From positions 496,001 to 560,000 of the forward strand of contig CAJFCJ010000028.1 of the NCBI GenBank assembly GCA_904063045.1: DNA of 64,000 nucleotides, written 5' to 3'. Within the stretch, counting starts at the first letter, position 1, and each line of letters starts with the position of its first letter. The DNA is from Dimorphilus gyrociliatus (Eukaryota > Animalia > Annelida). Positions 41,834 to 54,100 of this stretch are shown piece after piece. The notes beneath the pieces were generated by a model. It saw only the letters and a list, made by a program, of their open reading frames with translations, made no database searches and had not been told where the DNA came from. Made by a program: the position numbers and the translations under genes.

Positions 41834-42649
41834 ATGATTCTCTTAAAGATTCTTATATTATTTTCTTCAGCTTATTCAACAATTTCCTTAAGGTTTCTTA
41901 TTTCCATTAAGTTTTATAACTAATTTACTTATTGATAATAGAAATTGTTGTTTAACTATTTAAACATTTAACAGATATTGTTGCATTGAGCAAAAGAAGA
42001 CTGTAAAATTAGAACTGCTTCATAACGAAAAGACTGTTTATTCGATACAAGGTAATACTGAAAATGAATTAACGGTACCTGCCTATGAACGTCTAATTAA
42101 GAGGCAAATTTGGAACAATCAAATATGTATAAGTCTAAAATTTCGTAAGTGATCTTATAGTCTTTCTATTTGTATTATATACAATTAGCGGATTGAACAA
42201 TTATTTACATATATATACATATAGGTGGACGATTTGCCAATGAAAGAGATATCAAATGTTTGATTAAAGCGGTTGGTGAATACAACATTCAAAAATTAAA
42301 AGATAAAGAAGAATTCAAGACGATTTCATCATCCACGGTTCCAATGGTGAAAGAGAGTCTTGATAGAGTAGGAGACGAAAAGAATAATAATAATAATAAA
42401 TGGAACAATAATGCTCAATTTCTTTTGCAAATTGGAACATTAATGGCCGTGGCTTTATTAGGATTCATTATAATTATTATCAGTGCTCTATTTTGGTGCA
42501 GTCTTCGAAAAATTCTATTGAGAAAGAATAGTTGGGATACTAATCAGAACGTTCTTCAAAGTTCTCCCGATTTCTTACCTTCTTACGATAAAGCTGTCAC
42601 AGAATCAAAGAATACATGGACGGTTCATGGTAATTTAGACGAATTCTGA
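41834..42649 (+). CDS. Orphan type I membrane protein, ~217 aa, with LPSY (PY-like) tail motif
   Basis: Exons 41834-41892 (signal MILLKILILFSSAYSTISL), 41975-42144, 42225-42649 are phase-consistent. TM IGTLMAVALLGFIIIIISALFWC; tail DFLPSYDKAV. Confidence 0.8.
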
Positions 42650-44478
42650 CAACAATAATTTTACCATAATAATACTTTCATTTTTTTAATCGTCTACGTA
42701 TCCTCAAATAACATCAGCTGTCAGGGGTATTCTCAATGAAATCTAGACGGTTTTTGTGACGCACCGAAGATACTTGAAAGAATTCAGTAAAAAAAAAAAT
42801 TGAAAATATATCAAAAAGAAATAAATGTTCAATTCACTGAAGAGAAAGAAAGAGAAAAAAAATGAAATACAGAGAATGAAATAGATTGATAGTAGGTGAA
42901 AGAGGGAGAGAGAAGGAGAAAGAGGGATAGTGAAGGAGGGGAAGAAAAAAGAAGAAGGACGGAAAGAAAACACACTTGGAGAGAGAGAGAATAAGAGAGA
43001 CAAAGAAGGATTGAGAATAAACAAAGCAGAACGTATGGATAATAAACTACAATTAAAAAGATTATAACTCAAGATATATCCAGTTAAAAAAATCTCTTAC
43101 CTCTATTCGTAATCTTTAATTGCTCTGTCTTCGTTTATACCTTTGCTGTCTACTTCTTCCTCTCCTATTGCTTTCTCCCTCTCCCTCCCCCCCCTCTCTC
43201 TCTCTCTCTCTCTCTTTCACTCTCTCTAATCCTCTTGTACTAACCAATAATTTTTTCTCACATAATATAAATATTTTGAAATATGTATATAATATTTATG
43301 AATATCTATCTATTTAAATATTATTTTTTCTTTCTCTAATACATGAAAAAAATAATTTTATATAAATTTGCTATAAAAATAGCATGTGTAAAGTAATAGT
43401 GAAGCAGGAATTTAGACACGATTATGATTAATGGTAATGTTAAGTTCGAGTTTTTTTTAGGTTAAATTAAAAGATGAATGAATGACTAATTAAACCTTTT
43501 CATTTATTGAGTTAAATTAACAGAAGTTTAAACTTGCGTCCAGCCGAAAAAGTCATACAATCATGAATATCAATTTAAGTAGGAGAAAGAAAAGAGAGAG
43601 AGAGAGAGAGAGCCTTCTATTCAAATATGCCATTTTCGTAATTAACTGCATTTATGACAATGCTAAAGAGTGAAAAGAATAAGGAAATGAAGAGAAACCC
43701 ATTCCTCCGTGAAAAAGATAAAATAATGCTTTCACGTAGCTTTTTCTTTATTTTTTTTCATTTATTTTTTAATTTTCGACGCTATAGCCTTAAAATATCC
43801 TTTAAGAAGTTTGTTTATCTTTTCCCGTGGCATAGTCACTTTTTTCCATATGTCCTCCTCTTCATCTATTTTACATTAAACTCCTTTCTATCCTATCTCC
43901 ACTTCTCTATACCCACTTCCTTTCTTTACGTTATTCTATTTGCTTTTAATGCAATGACATTTAATTTGTTAGGAATTTGTATAGGGCGGCGGGGAGTCTT
44001 GTTTTCTCTTCAAAAGGTGGGTCATTGTTTCCGCCCTCATCGTTTTTCACCCATTTAAAGACGCACCGATGGTTTAATTAATTAACAATCTGCTTTACTC
44101 TTAGTCGGCTCCCTCTCTTTTATTTATCTCACCATTTAGAGCGCGTGGAGGATATATTAGCTTTTTTCTTTTTAACAATAGAGTTACTATCAGCATTTAC
44201 AATTTGTTAAATATTTTTAAAACTTTTTAGTTTCTGCAAAAAAAGTTTAAATGAAGTATTCCATCTTACGTTCTCATTACTTACATAAAATGCAAAAGAT
44301 ATATTTAATAAAGAATTTAATAACTCGACGCGTATTGGTTGAAAATAACAAGAGGAGAACGACGATTCGTTCACGCTAGCTCCTCCCAGATGCTCATCAA
44401 TATCCCCTTATTTACACAATCCGAATTAAGGTAGTCGATGGTGTTACGTTTTACTTGTTGAAATTACTACACAGTGGA

Positions 44479-46208
44479 ATGCAAATGAATAGTAGTAGAC
44501 CTTTACCAGAATCAACAGAGTCTGTAAGTATACACCTAAGTATTATAGATGAATCTTTGGAGTATTACAAATATAATTATAAATTTGTAAGAATTTAACA
44601 TAAAAAGAGTCATTAAAGGGCAATGAATTGAATTTAAAAGTTATATTTATTTTAAATACTATCTTGGAATATTGAATAGATTATTTTTTTCTCGCTCTCT
44701 TAACAGTGATAATCTTAGCAGGTTAATTTAAATAAACACTAATTTTAGTATACGAACTATGAGAGAGAGGGAGAGAGAGAGAGAAATAAAATGTAATTTG
44801 TATTACTTATCCTTACTTTTTTAAATGTTAATTAATAAAAAAATGATTTTGACATATAATACTAGTCATAGCAGCAGGATACTATTTATCAAAGTTATTT
44901 CAGATTAAAAGGCAAAATGATAATTCATTCGATTTTTCCATACAAAGGACAGTTATTTATTTAAAAAAGTGAACTAAATGCCACCACCCATCTCTTCTAA
45001 AGTAAAAAATAGGAAGAAAAACCAAACAATTGAATAAAAGAAACACCTTATTCTCCTTTAAATTTAAATTATCATGATAGAATTAATAATCCTTTTCTTA
45101 ATTCTATTGACACAACTTTTCCAATGTATCACTACTTTGTCAATGTTGTAATCTATTGAAATTCTTAATCGTGTATAAGCTGTTAACAAGTATTTAAAAG
45201 TAACATATAGATAGTATTATAAATTTTATAAATCTTATTTATATAATTTATTCATATATAATATTTATTTACATAAATAAAACATTAAAGTGTAGTCGTG
45301 AAATCTTTAATCCTTTATTCATGTTAATATAATATAAATATATCATTTTACTGAATTTTATCTTCTTAATTACTTACTTTTTGCACATAGTTTAAAATAC
45401 GTCACGAAGAGCAATTGCAGTTTCCTTTATTTTATTTCTATCCTTTCTTTATTTTTTTTGTTTGTTAATGTAATTTTATCGTGCTGATCATCGACAAATA
45501 AAATACAACAAAAGACGATAAAAACGAATCCATGCGTAATGACTATTTCTTATTGAACAGGTAACAACCGGATTATCTTTCTTGGACACTCCTCGAATAA
45601 CCTCTAACGTTGGAACTGATATGTTATTAGATGATTTTATTTTGGGTAGGAGACGTCAAGTAATAAGCTTTATTTTTCTATACTTAGCTAATGTCTTATT
45701 ATCTAATTCTTATAATAATTTGTTTGTTTGATAGAGGAGAAATAGGACTACCTTTACTCCACAACAATTACAAGCTTTGGAAGAACTATTCGCTAGGACT
45801 CACTATCCCGATATCTTTGTTAGAGAAGAACTTGCCTTTCGTATTAAACTATCAGAATCCCGTATTCAAGTTTGGTTTCAGGTAGGAGAATTTTGTAATT
45901 TTTTCAAGAACAAATATGTTCTTCTCTTTTAGAACCGTCGAGCTAAATGGCGTAAAATGACTCGCTCGAGATTAACAAGAACTTTGGGTACGTCTCCGTC
46001 TCATTCACCAGAACAATGGCGTAATCTTAATCCGCCTCAAACTCCAGCTTGGAGACACACTTTACCAGTACCTCAACCAAATTACATTTATCCTCATCTT
46101 TCCTGCTTCCAGCCAGCATTACACTTTCCTTGTCCACCGCCTCTCGAACAACCGAACGACTTAAGGACGAGAATAGAACAAAGATCCAAAGCAGCTAAAA
46201 AGGATTGA
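44479..46208 (+). CDS. PRD-class Q50 homeobox protein, CG11294/Drgx-like
   Basis: Exons 44479-44523 (a possible further exon is 44390-44430), 45561-45659, 45735-45881, 45933-46208. Homeodomain [60 protein letters not shown], preceded by LDDFILGR. Confidence 0.93.
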
Positions 46209-46595
46209 CCAATAAAATTTCACTCGAATTCTCTTTATTTCAATCTAATCTTGTTAATGTAATAATGATTAATGTGGTTTTAAACTTGTATTAATTTGTA
46301 CTTTCATTAGTTTATAAATTCAATCATTACAAGTATTTTTAATATTTTACTATACTTTATTCAACAGAAAACAAGCAAAAAAAAAAGTAACCGGTTTTTT
46401 TTATCATGTTAACAGATAGATGGCGTTGTTTATGATAACTTTTTATTGTTCAATTGGATTTCTATTTCATAAAATATTAAATGTATTACAACATTTTTAA
46501 TTTAAGTATCTTAATATAAAATATTAATACAAAATTAAAAACTATTTATAATTTAATATAAACCCCATGAGGTATACTTTTTTAAAAATATCTTT

Positions 46596-46682
46596 CTAAA
46601 TATAGTTGTCGATAGAGGGCGCTTGTACGGTTATGACGTATTGAACGTATCAGACAGTTGCCTGGCTTCACCTAGTGAGTCA
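46596..46682 (+). promoter_or_regulatory. Calsequestrin proximal promoter with muscle-type motifs
   Basis: MEF2 consensus CTAAATATAG 46596-46605, CTCF-like GATAGAGGGCGC 46611-46622, CRE-like TGACGTA, E-box CAGTTG, AP-1 TGAGTCA 46676-46682. Confidence 0.55.
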
Positions 46683-46751
46683 TTGACGATATTTCTTCAA
46701 AGAGAGTAGAAAGATTCAACAAAAAGGAACTAATTGAAAAACATTCTAATC

Positions 46752-49644
46752 ATGAATTCAATGATTAGGATTATCTTACTTTTAGCGTTTTGCTCGACGC
46801 ATTCAGCCCATGAAAGATTTTGGTATCCCTACCACGATGGAACTTCAAGAGTTGTCCGTCTGACCGCCGATACCCTTCAGAGTACCCTTCAAAATAAGAA
46901 CGTTGTCGTTGTACACTACGAATTGGCAAATGATCAAAACGAAAAAGGGAAGAGCGACACTATAAATAAAATGTTAGAGGTTGGTAATTCAAGTATTATA
47001 CCTTTAAAAAGAAAAAATCGCTTAAAGGGATGACGCCTATATATTAACGCTAAAATATCATGATTTTACATGGTATTATTGATTTTTTATGAAAACTTTC
47101 TTATATTTTACATATATATTAGTATATATACTGCTTTATCAACATACAAGAAGTAGTTTGAATTGGTGTTATCCTCTATTAATCATTTTCTTGAATATTT
47201 TATAAATCACGTAAAGGAAGAACTATCCCGTCAGCTATGACCTTGTAAGAAAAAAAAAGAACTACTATATAAACTTGTACTATCAATTATCTTAAATAAA
47301 AGTAGAAGAGTATCAGAGAGATTATCATTTTTATCACTCTAAGATGCGATATTGTACTATTTTCTACTCTTCCTATATATATATTAGTATATAATTTTCT
47401 AGTTCAATGTTAAAATTCTATCAATGAATTGACTAAGAACATAAAGAAAGGAGGAGAAAAGATAACTCTCTTTCTTCTATTATTCATCATATTTTACTTT
47501 CAACAAAATCTAAAGATTAGAAATAGTTGATTAGGATAAGAATAAAAAAGGTGATATTTTCTTATCTATTTTCTTTGCAGGGATATCTTAGTACTTATGA
47601 CGCAATTGACTGAATTTTTTTTATTATTATCAATTCTTTTATTTTTATATCTGCCTACATCTTTACAGACAACTGCGCAAGTTCTCGAAAATAATCAAGT
47701 TGTTGTTGGCGTATACAATCTTGCTGACGGAGCCCCTGCAGAAGGAGGTATGTATAGTAATCCTATAAGATTAGGCCTTTTAAAGGTTTTTAAAGTACAC
47801 ATTTTTTTATACAACTTTTAGGCTTACAACAACCAGGAGCAATAAAAGTATATAGACAAGGCAAACCATTCGATTTCAATGGTTATCATTTACCTGAAAC
47901 TTTATTGTCTTTCATTAGCAAGGTACGAAATTTTGTTTTTTTCATTATCATTTGCTTATCAGAGATTAAGTACGTGTTAACCGTTTTTTAGGTTAATTCT
48001 ACTGCGGTTACGCAAATAGCAAATAAACAAGATAAGAAACTCTTCGATAGCTACGAAGGAACAAAGGTTATTGGATTTTTTCAACAAGAAAGTGGTGCTT
48101 ATAAATTTTATGAACAAGCTGCCGAATTTTTTCATCCCAACATACCATTCTTTGTTGTTTTCGATCAACTAATCGCCAATAGCCTTCGTTGTAAGGGAAC
48201 TGGTATCATTGAGTTAGTTCTTCCATTTAGAAAGGATAGAGTACAATGTCCCCAAATTGTAAGTTTAAAACTAACATTATTTCTTTATTTTATTGACCCA
48301 TATCCATTATCTTCAATAGCCTGCCACAACTGAAGAAATAGTTAGCTTTGTTCGACAAAATAGAAGTACATCTTTACTGAAAATAACCAAAGAAAATGTT
48401 CACTCTTTATGGGGTGAAAGAGAAAACGACGTCGTCGCCTTCTATTCAGCCTCCTCTCCAGCAGGAAGATCATTTTTTAAAGTCATAAAAGGAAGAGCTA
48501 GATATTGTAATGCAACAGCAAATCCTATGCTCGCTATAGATATAGACCAATTTCCAATGGTGAGATATATTAATAGATATTCGAGAACTGTTAAATATTA
48601 AATTATACATAGTATTAACAATTTTAATAACTTCGTTTAGTTGGTCGACGTTTGGCAATCTCTGTTAAAAATTGATTTATCTCAACCTCATTTGGGCTTT
48701 ATCAACTCTAAAACAGTAAGTAACGTTTAATAATTGGTATTGTATGATGAAAACCAATTAAATTTTTATTTTCTTCATTTGTAGTATGAGTCTGCATGGA
48801 TGGATATTTCATCTTTCCCAACGTTAACACCAGTTGATCAGGGTAGAGCTGTTCAACAATGGATGCAAGATATAGACGACGGTCTGATTAAAAATGACGG
48901 TTCAGAGCCAGCAAGTAATTATTTTTTTATTAATATTAATTCAAGTAAAAGAAATGTTTAATTGGGAATCTTGTTTTCTTCTTAGCAATTGAAGGTGAAA
49001 GAGCACCGTTGAGCTGTCAGGAAAAAGTAGAAAAAGTCAAGAAAAGTGAAAAAGAAGCAAAAAGAGAAGAGGTGAAAAATACTCAATCTGTTGAAGTTGA
49101 AGCAGAGAAAATTTCAAAGAGTGAGGATAAAGAAGTTGCTGAAGAAGCCAAACAAGAAGCTGTGGTGGAAGAAATAGAAAAACAGAAGGTTGAAAAAACT
49201 CAAGCTGAAAAAAAGGAAAAGAAAGAAACAGAAAAGAGCGAGAAAGTTAAAAAACCGAAGGTAGAGGGGGAAAAGAATAATCAAAAAGAAGATCAAAAGA
49301 AGAAAGTAGAGAGAAAGAAGAAGGAGGAAAAACCGAAAAGAGAAGATAACAATAAAAAAGAAGAGCAAACTAAGAAAGAAGAAAAACCAAGAAAATCGAA
49401 AAAAGAGAATAACGAACAAAAAAGAGAAGAAGAGGAGGAAAGAGGAGAGAAACAAGTTGAGAAAGAAAGAGATAATAAGAAAAAGAAAAATTATAAGAAT
49501 AAGAATAAGAATGAGGAACGTAAAGAAGAGAAAGAAGTAGAAGAAAAACAAGATAAGAAGAATGAAAAAAAAGGAAAGAAACAGAACAAAGAAAAGAAAT
49601 TTAAAGATGAAAAGCAACAAAAGAATAAGAAATATAAGAAATAG
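46752..49644 (+). CDS. CASQ: Calsequestrin-like protein, ~592 aa, with a Lys/Glu-rich C-terminal extension
   Basis: Exons 46752-46979, 47669-47747, 47822-47922, 47992-48258, 48320-48559, 48641-48715, 48785-48914, 48986-49644 (1779 nt). Signal peptide, YPYHDGTSRV, TAQVLE, KVIGFF, AAEFFHPNIPFF, EEIVSFV, IDIDQFPM|LVDVW, IDLSQPHLG, SAWMD align along the whole calsequestrin fold. Confidence 0.9.
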
Positions 49645-49992
49645 AGAAAATCTTCGTATTTTTCCCATTTTCAATCTACCTAAATATTTTACGCAAAAAG
49701 TTTAAACTATTATTTTTTCCGTAGAAAGAATTTTATATGAATACAAAGAAATTTGAGAGAAATCTCAAAGATTTAGCATTAACAGTTTGATGGCTTTATT
49801 ATTATTATTAGATATTAGCTCATTAGGTCATTAGTAGGCCTTTGTCTTCGGATTTCTTTATTATTATCTACTTTAGATTTAATTTAAATATTTAAAATAT
49901 ATCCTTTTCAAACATCTTCATTCCATTCAATTCGATAAATAATAAAGCAATAATTGTATACGAGAGTATTTTTCATATCAACTAAAGCCGAT

Positions 49993-50608
49993 ATGAGGAG
50001 ATCTTTAGGTTCAAAAGATGATCTTCAAGTAGTTAAAGGAATGATTGAAGGCGAAGTTAAATCCCTTCAAACAGAATTAGCTAGAATGATAGGAAAGTTT
50101 AAAAGCTTAGAATCAGTTCACACAGCTACTTTAGAACAATTAAGCGAGGTATTCTACAGCATACAGTATTTATTGATTTCACTTTTTATAGTATTTTATT
50201 AGTATTTTCCCTTTTTCTATCAAGAATACAGAATTTAATTAAAAACTTTTGCAACAGTGTCGTATTGATGTAAATCAATCGGAAAATTGTTTAAAGTTAT
50301 ACGAAAAAGAAATTAATTCTTTACAAAGAATTTACGAAAATGAAGAAACAAAAATTCTTAACTTAAAAGCTGAAAATCAAGGACTTTTAGCTTTGTTTAA
50401 AATAGCCAATAACCTCTTAAAAAGTGGAAGAAATGATCAAGAATCTCAAAATTTATTGAGTAATTTAGATGAGAAAATTGCTAAAGAATTACCCAACGGT
50501 ATTCAAATATATTCAAATATAACAAATCGTTTAATTGGTAATGATAATATCAATGCAAAATTTCAATCAGAAACGACTACAGCGTCTCTAACACATTTTT
50601 TATTATAA
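49993..50608 (+). CDS. Coiled-coil coding unit, ~168 aa if stand-alone; could be an alternative calsequestrin 3' end
   Basis: Exons 49993-50148 (GAG|gtattc) and 50258-50608 (gcaacag|TGT) join in phase 0. Heptad-like runs VKSLQTELARMIGKFKSLE and LKLYEKEINSLQRIYENEETKILNLKAEN. Confidence 0.65.
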
Positions 50609-51175
50609 CTAATACAAAATTTACAACATTCAATTATTACGAATTCATTTTAGATATTAATGTTTCTTCTATTCAAATTTGAATTAATTAATTAATGAAT
50701 ATTAATCATATTACATTTTATTAATATTCATTACCTCAACTTTTTTACCTAGGGTTACTAATACTTTGTTTTTTTTTATATTATAAGACAGATAGTCTAT
50801 CGAATATGAATATTAATTAAGTTTATTCTTAAAGCTATCCAATTCCTTTATTTTAAATATTTAGAAACGTTTTATTTACAAAGAGGATGTATGTTTTAAT
50901 GCATAAATCTGTATATAAAAATTTTTTTTTGACAAAGTAGGCCTGTTATTAAATTTTTATTAGCATTACGAATAAAATTAATATAACTAGGGTAAAAAAA
51001 AATAAACAACAAAAAAAGAAATAATAATGAAAAGAACAGATCTCACTGCAATTTATCTTTGAATGGTTGGATATACTGTAGTATGAAAGGGAACGAAAGA
51101 GAGAATGAACAAATGATAAAATGTATTTTTTCTTATTCTTTCTTTTTTTGGCTTTTATTCGGCTTTATAGTCTTA

Positions 51176-54100
51176 TTAACATAACATAGTTCCATCTTCA
51201 AATTTATACTTTTGCGTTAGAAAATCCAATCGATCGTAATTTTCGTTAGGATTTAATTTTCCCTGACTTTTCTTTAAACTATTAAATGAACTCTTTCGAC
51301 TTAAATTAGGCCCGCGATTAGAATGTCTCCCAGAACCAGGTCGATTCTTTGGTCCCCAAGTATGATACCTGGAACTATAATCCGTTTTTGGATAGACTTT
51401 AACTTGTGGAGTATTAGTAGCCCTTTCGGGAGGAATTGAACCATTTTCAGATCTTCGTTTTTTGGGTATGTCCATTGATTCGTAATGATTGTCCTCGGTT
51501 TTCTTTTTCTTTTGAAGGTAGATAGCTTCCTTAGGAGTTTTTATTGTATTCTTAGTAAATTTATTCTTTAAGAATTTATACAACCAAATTAGACTTGCAC
51601 CCGAAACTAATCCCAATAGGAAACATAATAGTCCAACTATGGCCAAATGATAAGACTTTAATTTAAATTCTTCCTGCTTTAGTTCTGTACGGATATATTG
51701 TCCACAATTTTATAAACTTATTAATCATTTCTCTTTTATTTTTTAGTATTGAAATAAACAAACCGGAAATAGTTGGTCTAAAACACATTTTCTCTTCTAT
51801 AGAACTTCCGTCACAGCTATATGAAAATGGTAATGCGCAATTCCTCTTACGAAATTTTAGCTGATTTTCATTACAGTCTGACCAATGGGACCATTCGTTC
51901 CAACCATCTAAGAGATATATTTTAGAAATATGTAAATCAATTTTAATACTTGTATTTAGGCTGTTGAACCTTGACATGGAAAAATTTCGCAAGATTCTCT
52001 CGTCATAGCGGAACCTTGGCATTCGGATGATGGTGTACCATCGGCAAATTGGCACGATCTCGTACGAATTTTATAGCCTTCGCCGCATGTTCTCGTACAA
52101 TCCGAATAGCTTGACCAACAAGACCATTGCGGATGGCACGAGTGGATATTGCAAATCCTTTTCTCAACAGCGTGGCCGAGACAAAGATTATCGGATGTTT
52201 TACATCTTCTATGTCTTAACTGTTCACCGCCACCACACCTCTCCGTACAATACGACCACTCCGACCAAGTTTCGTACTGGTCAGTTGCCCTTCGACTTTC
52301 AACTCTGCCATTCTTTTCCGAAACTGTTTAAAAGCAAACGGCGATTGATTAAAACTAGTAAACAGAAAAAAACTACAGATTCGGTTTCTTGCCACAAGAT
52401 GGCGTTATTGGCAGATTAAAGCAAATTATTAAGAAACATATTTTACATTATGTGATCAGCAGATAGAAGCAGAAAAAGGCTAATAAGAAAATGAAAGTTG
52501 TTGAAAATCAAGTTAAAATCATATAAGCCAATTTGTCCTAGTTATAGAGTATATATTAAAAGTTTTATAGCTCTTAGAAGCGCTCTCCACTTTTCCTTTT
52601 CAGTTATCTCTTATCACTTAATTTTTTAACAAGTATACTATCTAACATAAGATAACAATAAAAAGCAGAGAGCGCCGTCTACAGTGCGACGAAAGTTTAT
52701 GTTTGTTTTGTTTTTGTATTTTTTTGTATTATTTTCTCTCAATCCCCAGAAAAGTAAACCAACCTTCATCGTCATAAACTTCGCTACTTTCTGTATAATT
52801 TAATAGATAAACTTTTTCAATTATAGGTAAAAAAAAAACAATTATCATAATATAGAAAATACTGTGTACAAAGCAAAAATAAGTAAATAAATAAATAAAT
52901 AAGAAAGGGAAGATAAAAATATAGATCCTACCATAAAATTGACATTTCCGGTTAATGCATCTTCGTCTTTCAATTTTTGGTTTTGATAATTTAATATTGT
53001 ACGATCTATCAACGTTCGCTTTGCAGGCGTATCGATATCTCATTTGCTCTTTTGTACCGTCAATAGACATGTTCGAAATTAGCCAACTTGTCCATTTTGT
53101 ATATTTTTTGAAAGCTATAAAAGAGAGAAATATTTAAAATATTTATAGGAGGAAAATCAAAATTTTTCCCGCTCAAAGGAAAATAAAATTAGGCTTATAA
53201 CAGCTGGCACATAATTAATAGCGGATGAGGGCGACCTTTTTTTATTGAAGAATACAAATAGTATTGGAGAACTTATAGTCGTTATGAATTGAAAAATAAG
53301 AGCATTCAAAACTCTTTCTATCCCTTTCAGATAGTGAATTACAGTACGACAAATATATGTCTTTTTTTATTATTTAAGTATATATATTAAGAAGAAGAAA
53401 TAGACCTCTGCAGGGTGAACTATTACATGATCTCCATTCTGTTCTATCACCAATGCAAGGTAATCTATTGGACGAGCATCTTCTATATCTTTTTTGAAAA
53501 CCTCCGTTACATTGTTTTGAACATCGGCCCCATTCGGACCAATTATGCCAACTTGCTCTTTCCATTTCTATTTTAAAGTAAAGAGAATTTTTTTTTTAAA
53601 AAAAAAATGCTATATATTTTAATTTAATAAAATTTTTCCTTACTCCTATCAGTTTTGGTTTTACAACGTTGCAGACAAGCTTGCTTTTCAACTGATAACC
53701 CGAAGCAAGAAGTACCACCAAACTTTGGTGATGGATTCGAACATGTTCTCTTTCTACTTCTGTGGCCTTGTTCGCAAGATTTTGAACAACCCGACCATTC
53801 ACTCCATATTGACCAACGTCCATCAACTTAGAAAACATAAACGCAAAAATATAAAATTGATGGAATTGAACTTAAAAGTAGGCCTAAATCATACATATGC
53901 ATAATATACAGTATTGTAGCTAAATGTAAACAATGTATTATATATATAGTATATATTGTCTATAGCGTATACATTGAGAATATGCAGCACATATTTTAGG
54001 AAAGGTCGGGTAAAAAAGTGTATAGGCTTAAAATCTATAACGGTTTCCGTTGGTTCTTTTTGTGATTAGATAGTGCAAAAAAAAAAAAAAAGTCGGTTCG

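Noticed and set aside
42743-43317. Hydrophobic Ser/Leu/Phe ORFs (also 63088-63618, 31816-32004, 43654-44058)
   Set aside because: Translations of CT/GA microsatellite and poly-pyrimidine tracts.
49114-49674. 186-aa Phe/Leu-rich minus-strand ORF resembling a multi-pass membrane protein
   Set aside because: It is the antisense mirror of the AAA/GAA-rich calsequestrin tail exon.
52027-52419. Plus-strand ORFs of 130 and 60 aa
   Set aside because: They overlap the Sema5 TSP exon on the opposite strand.
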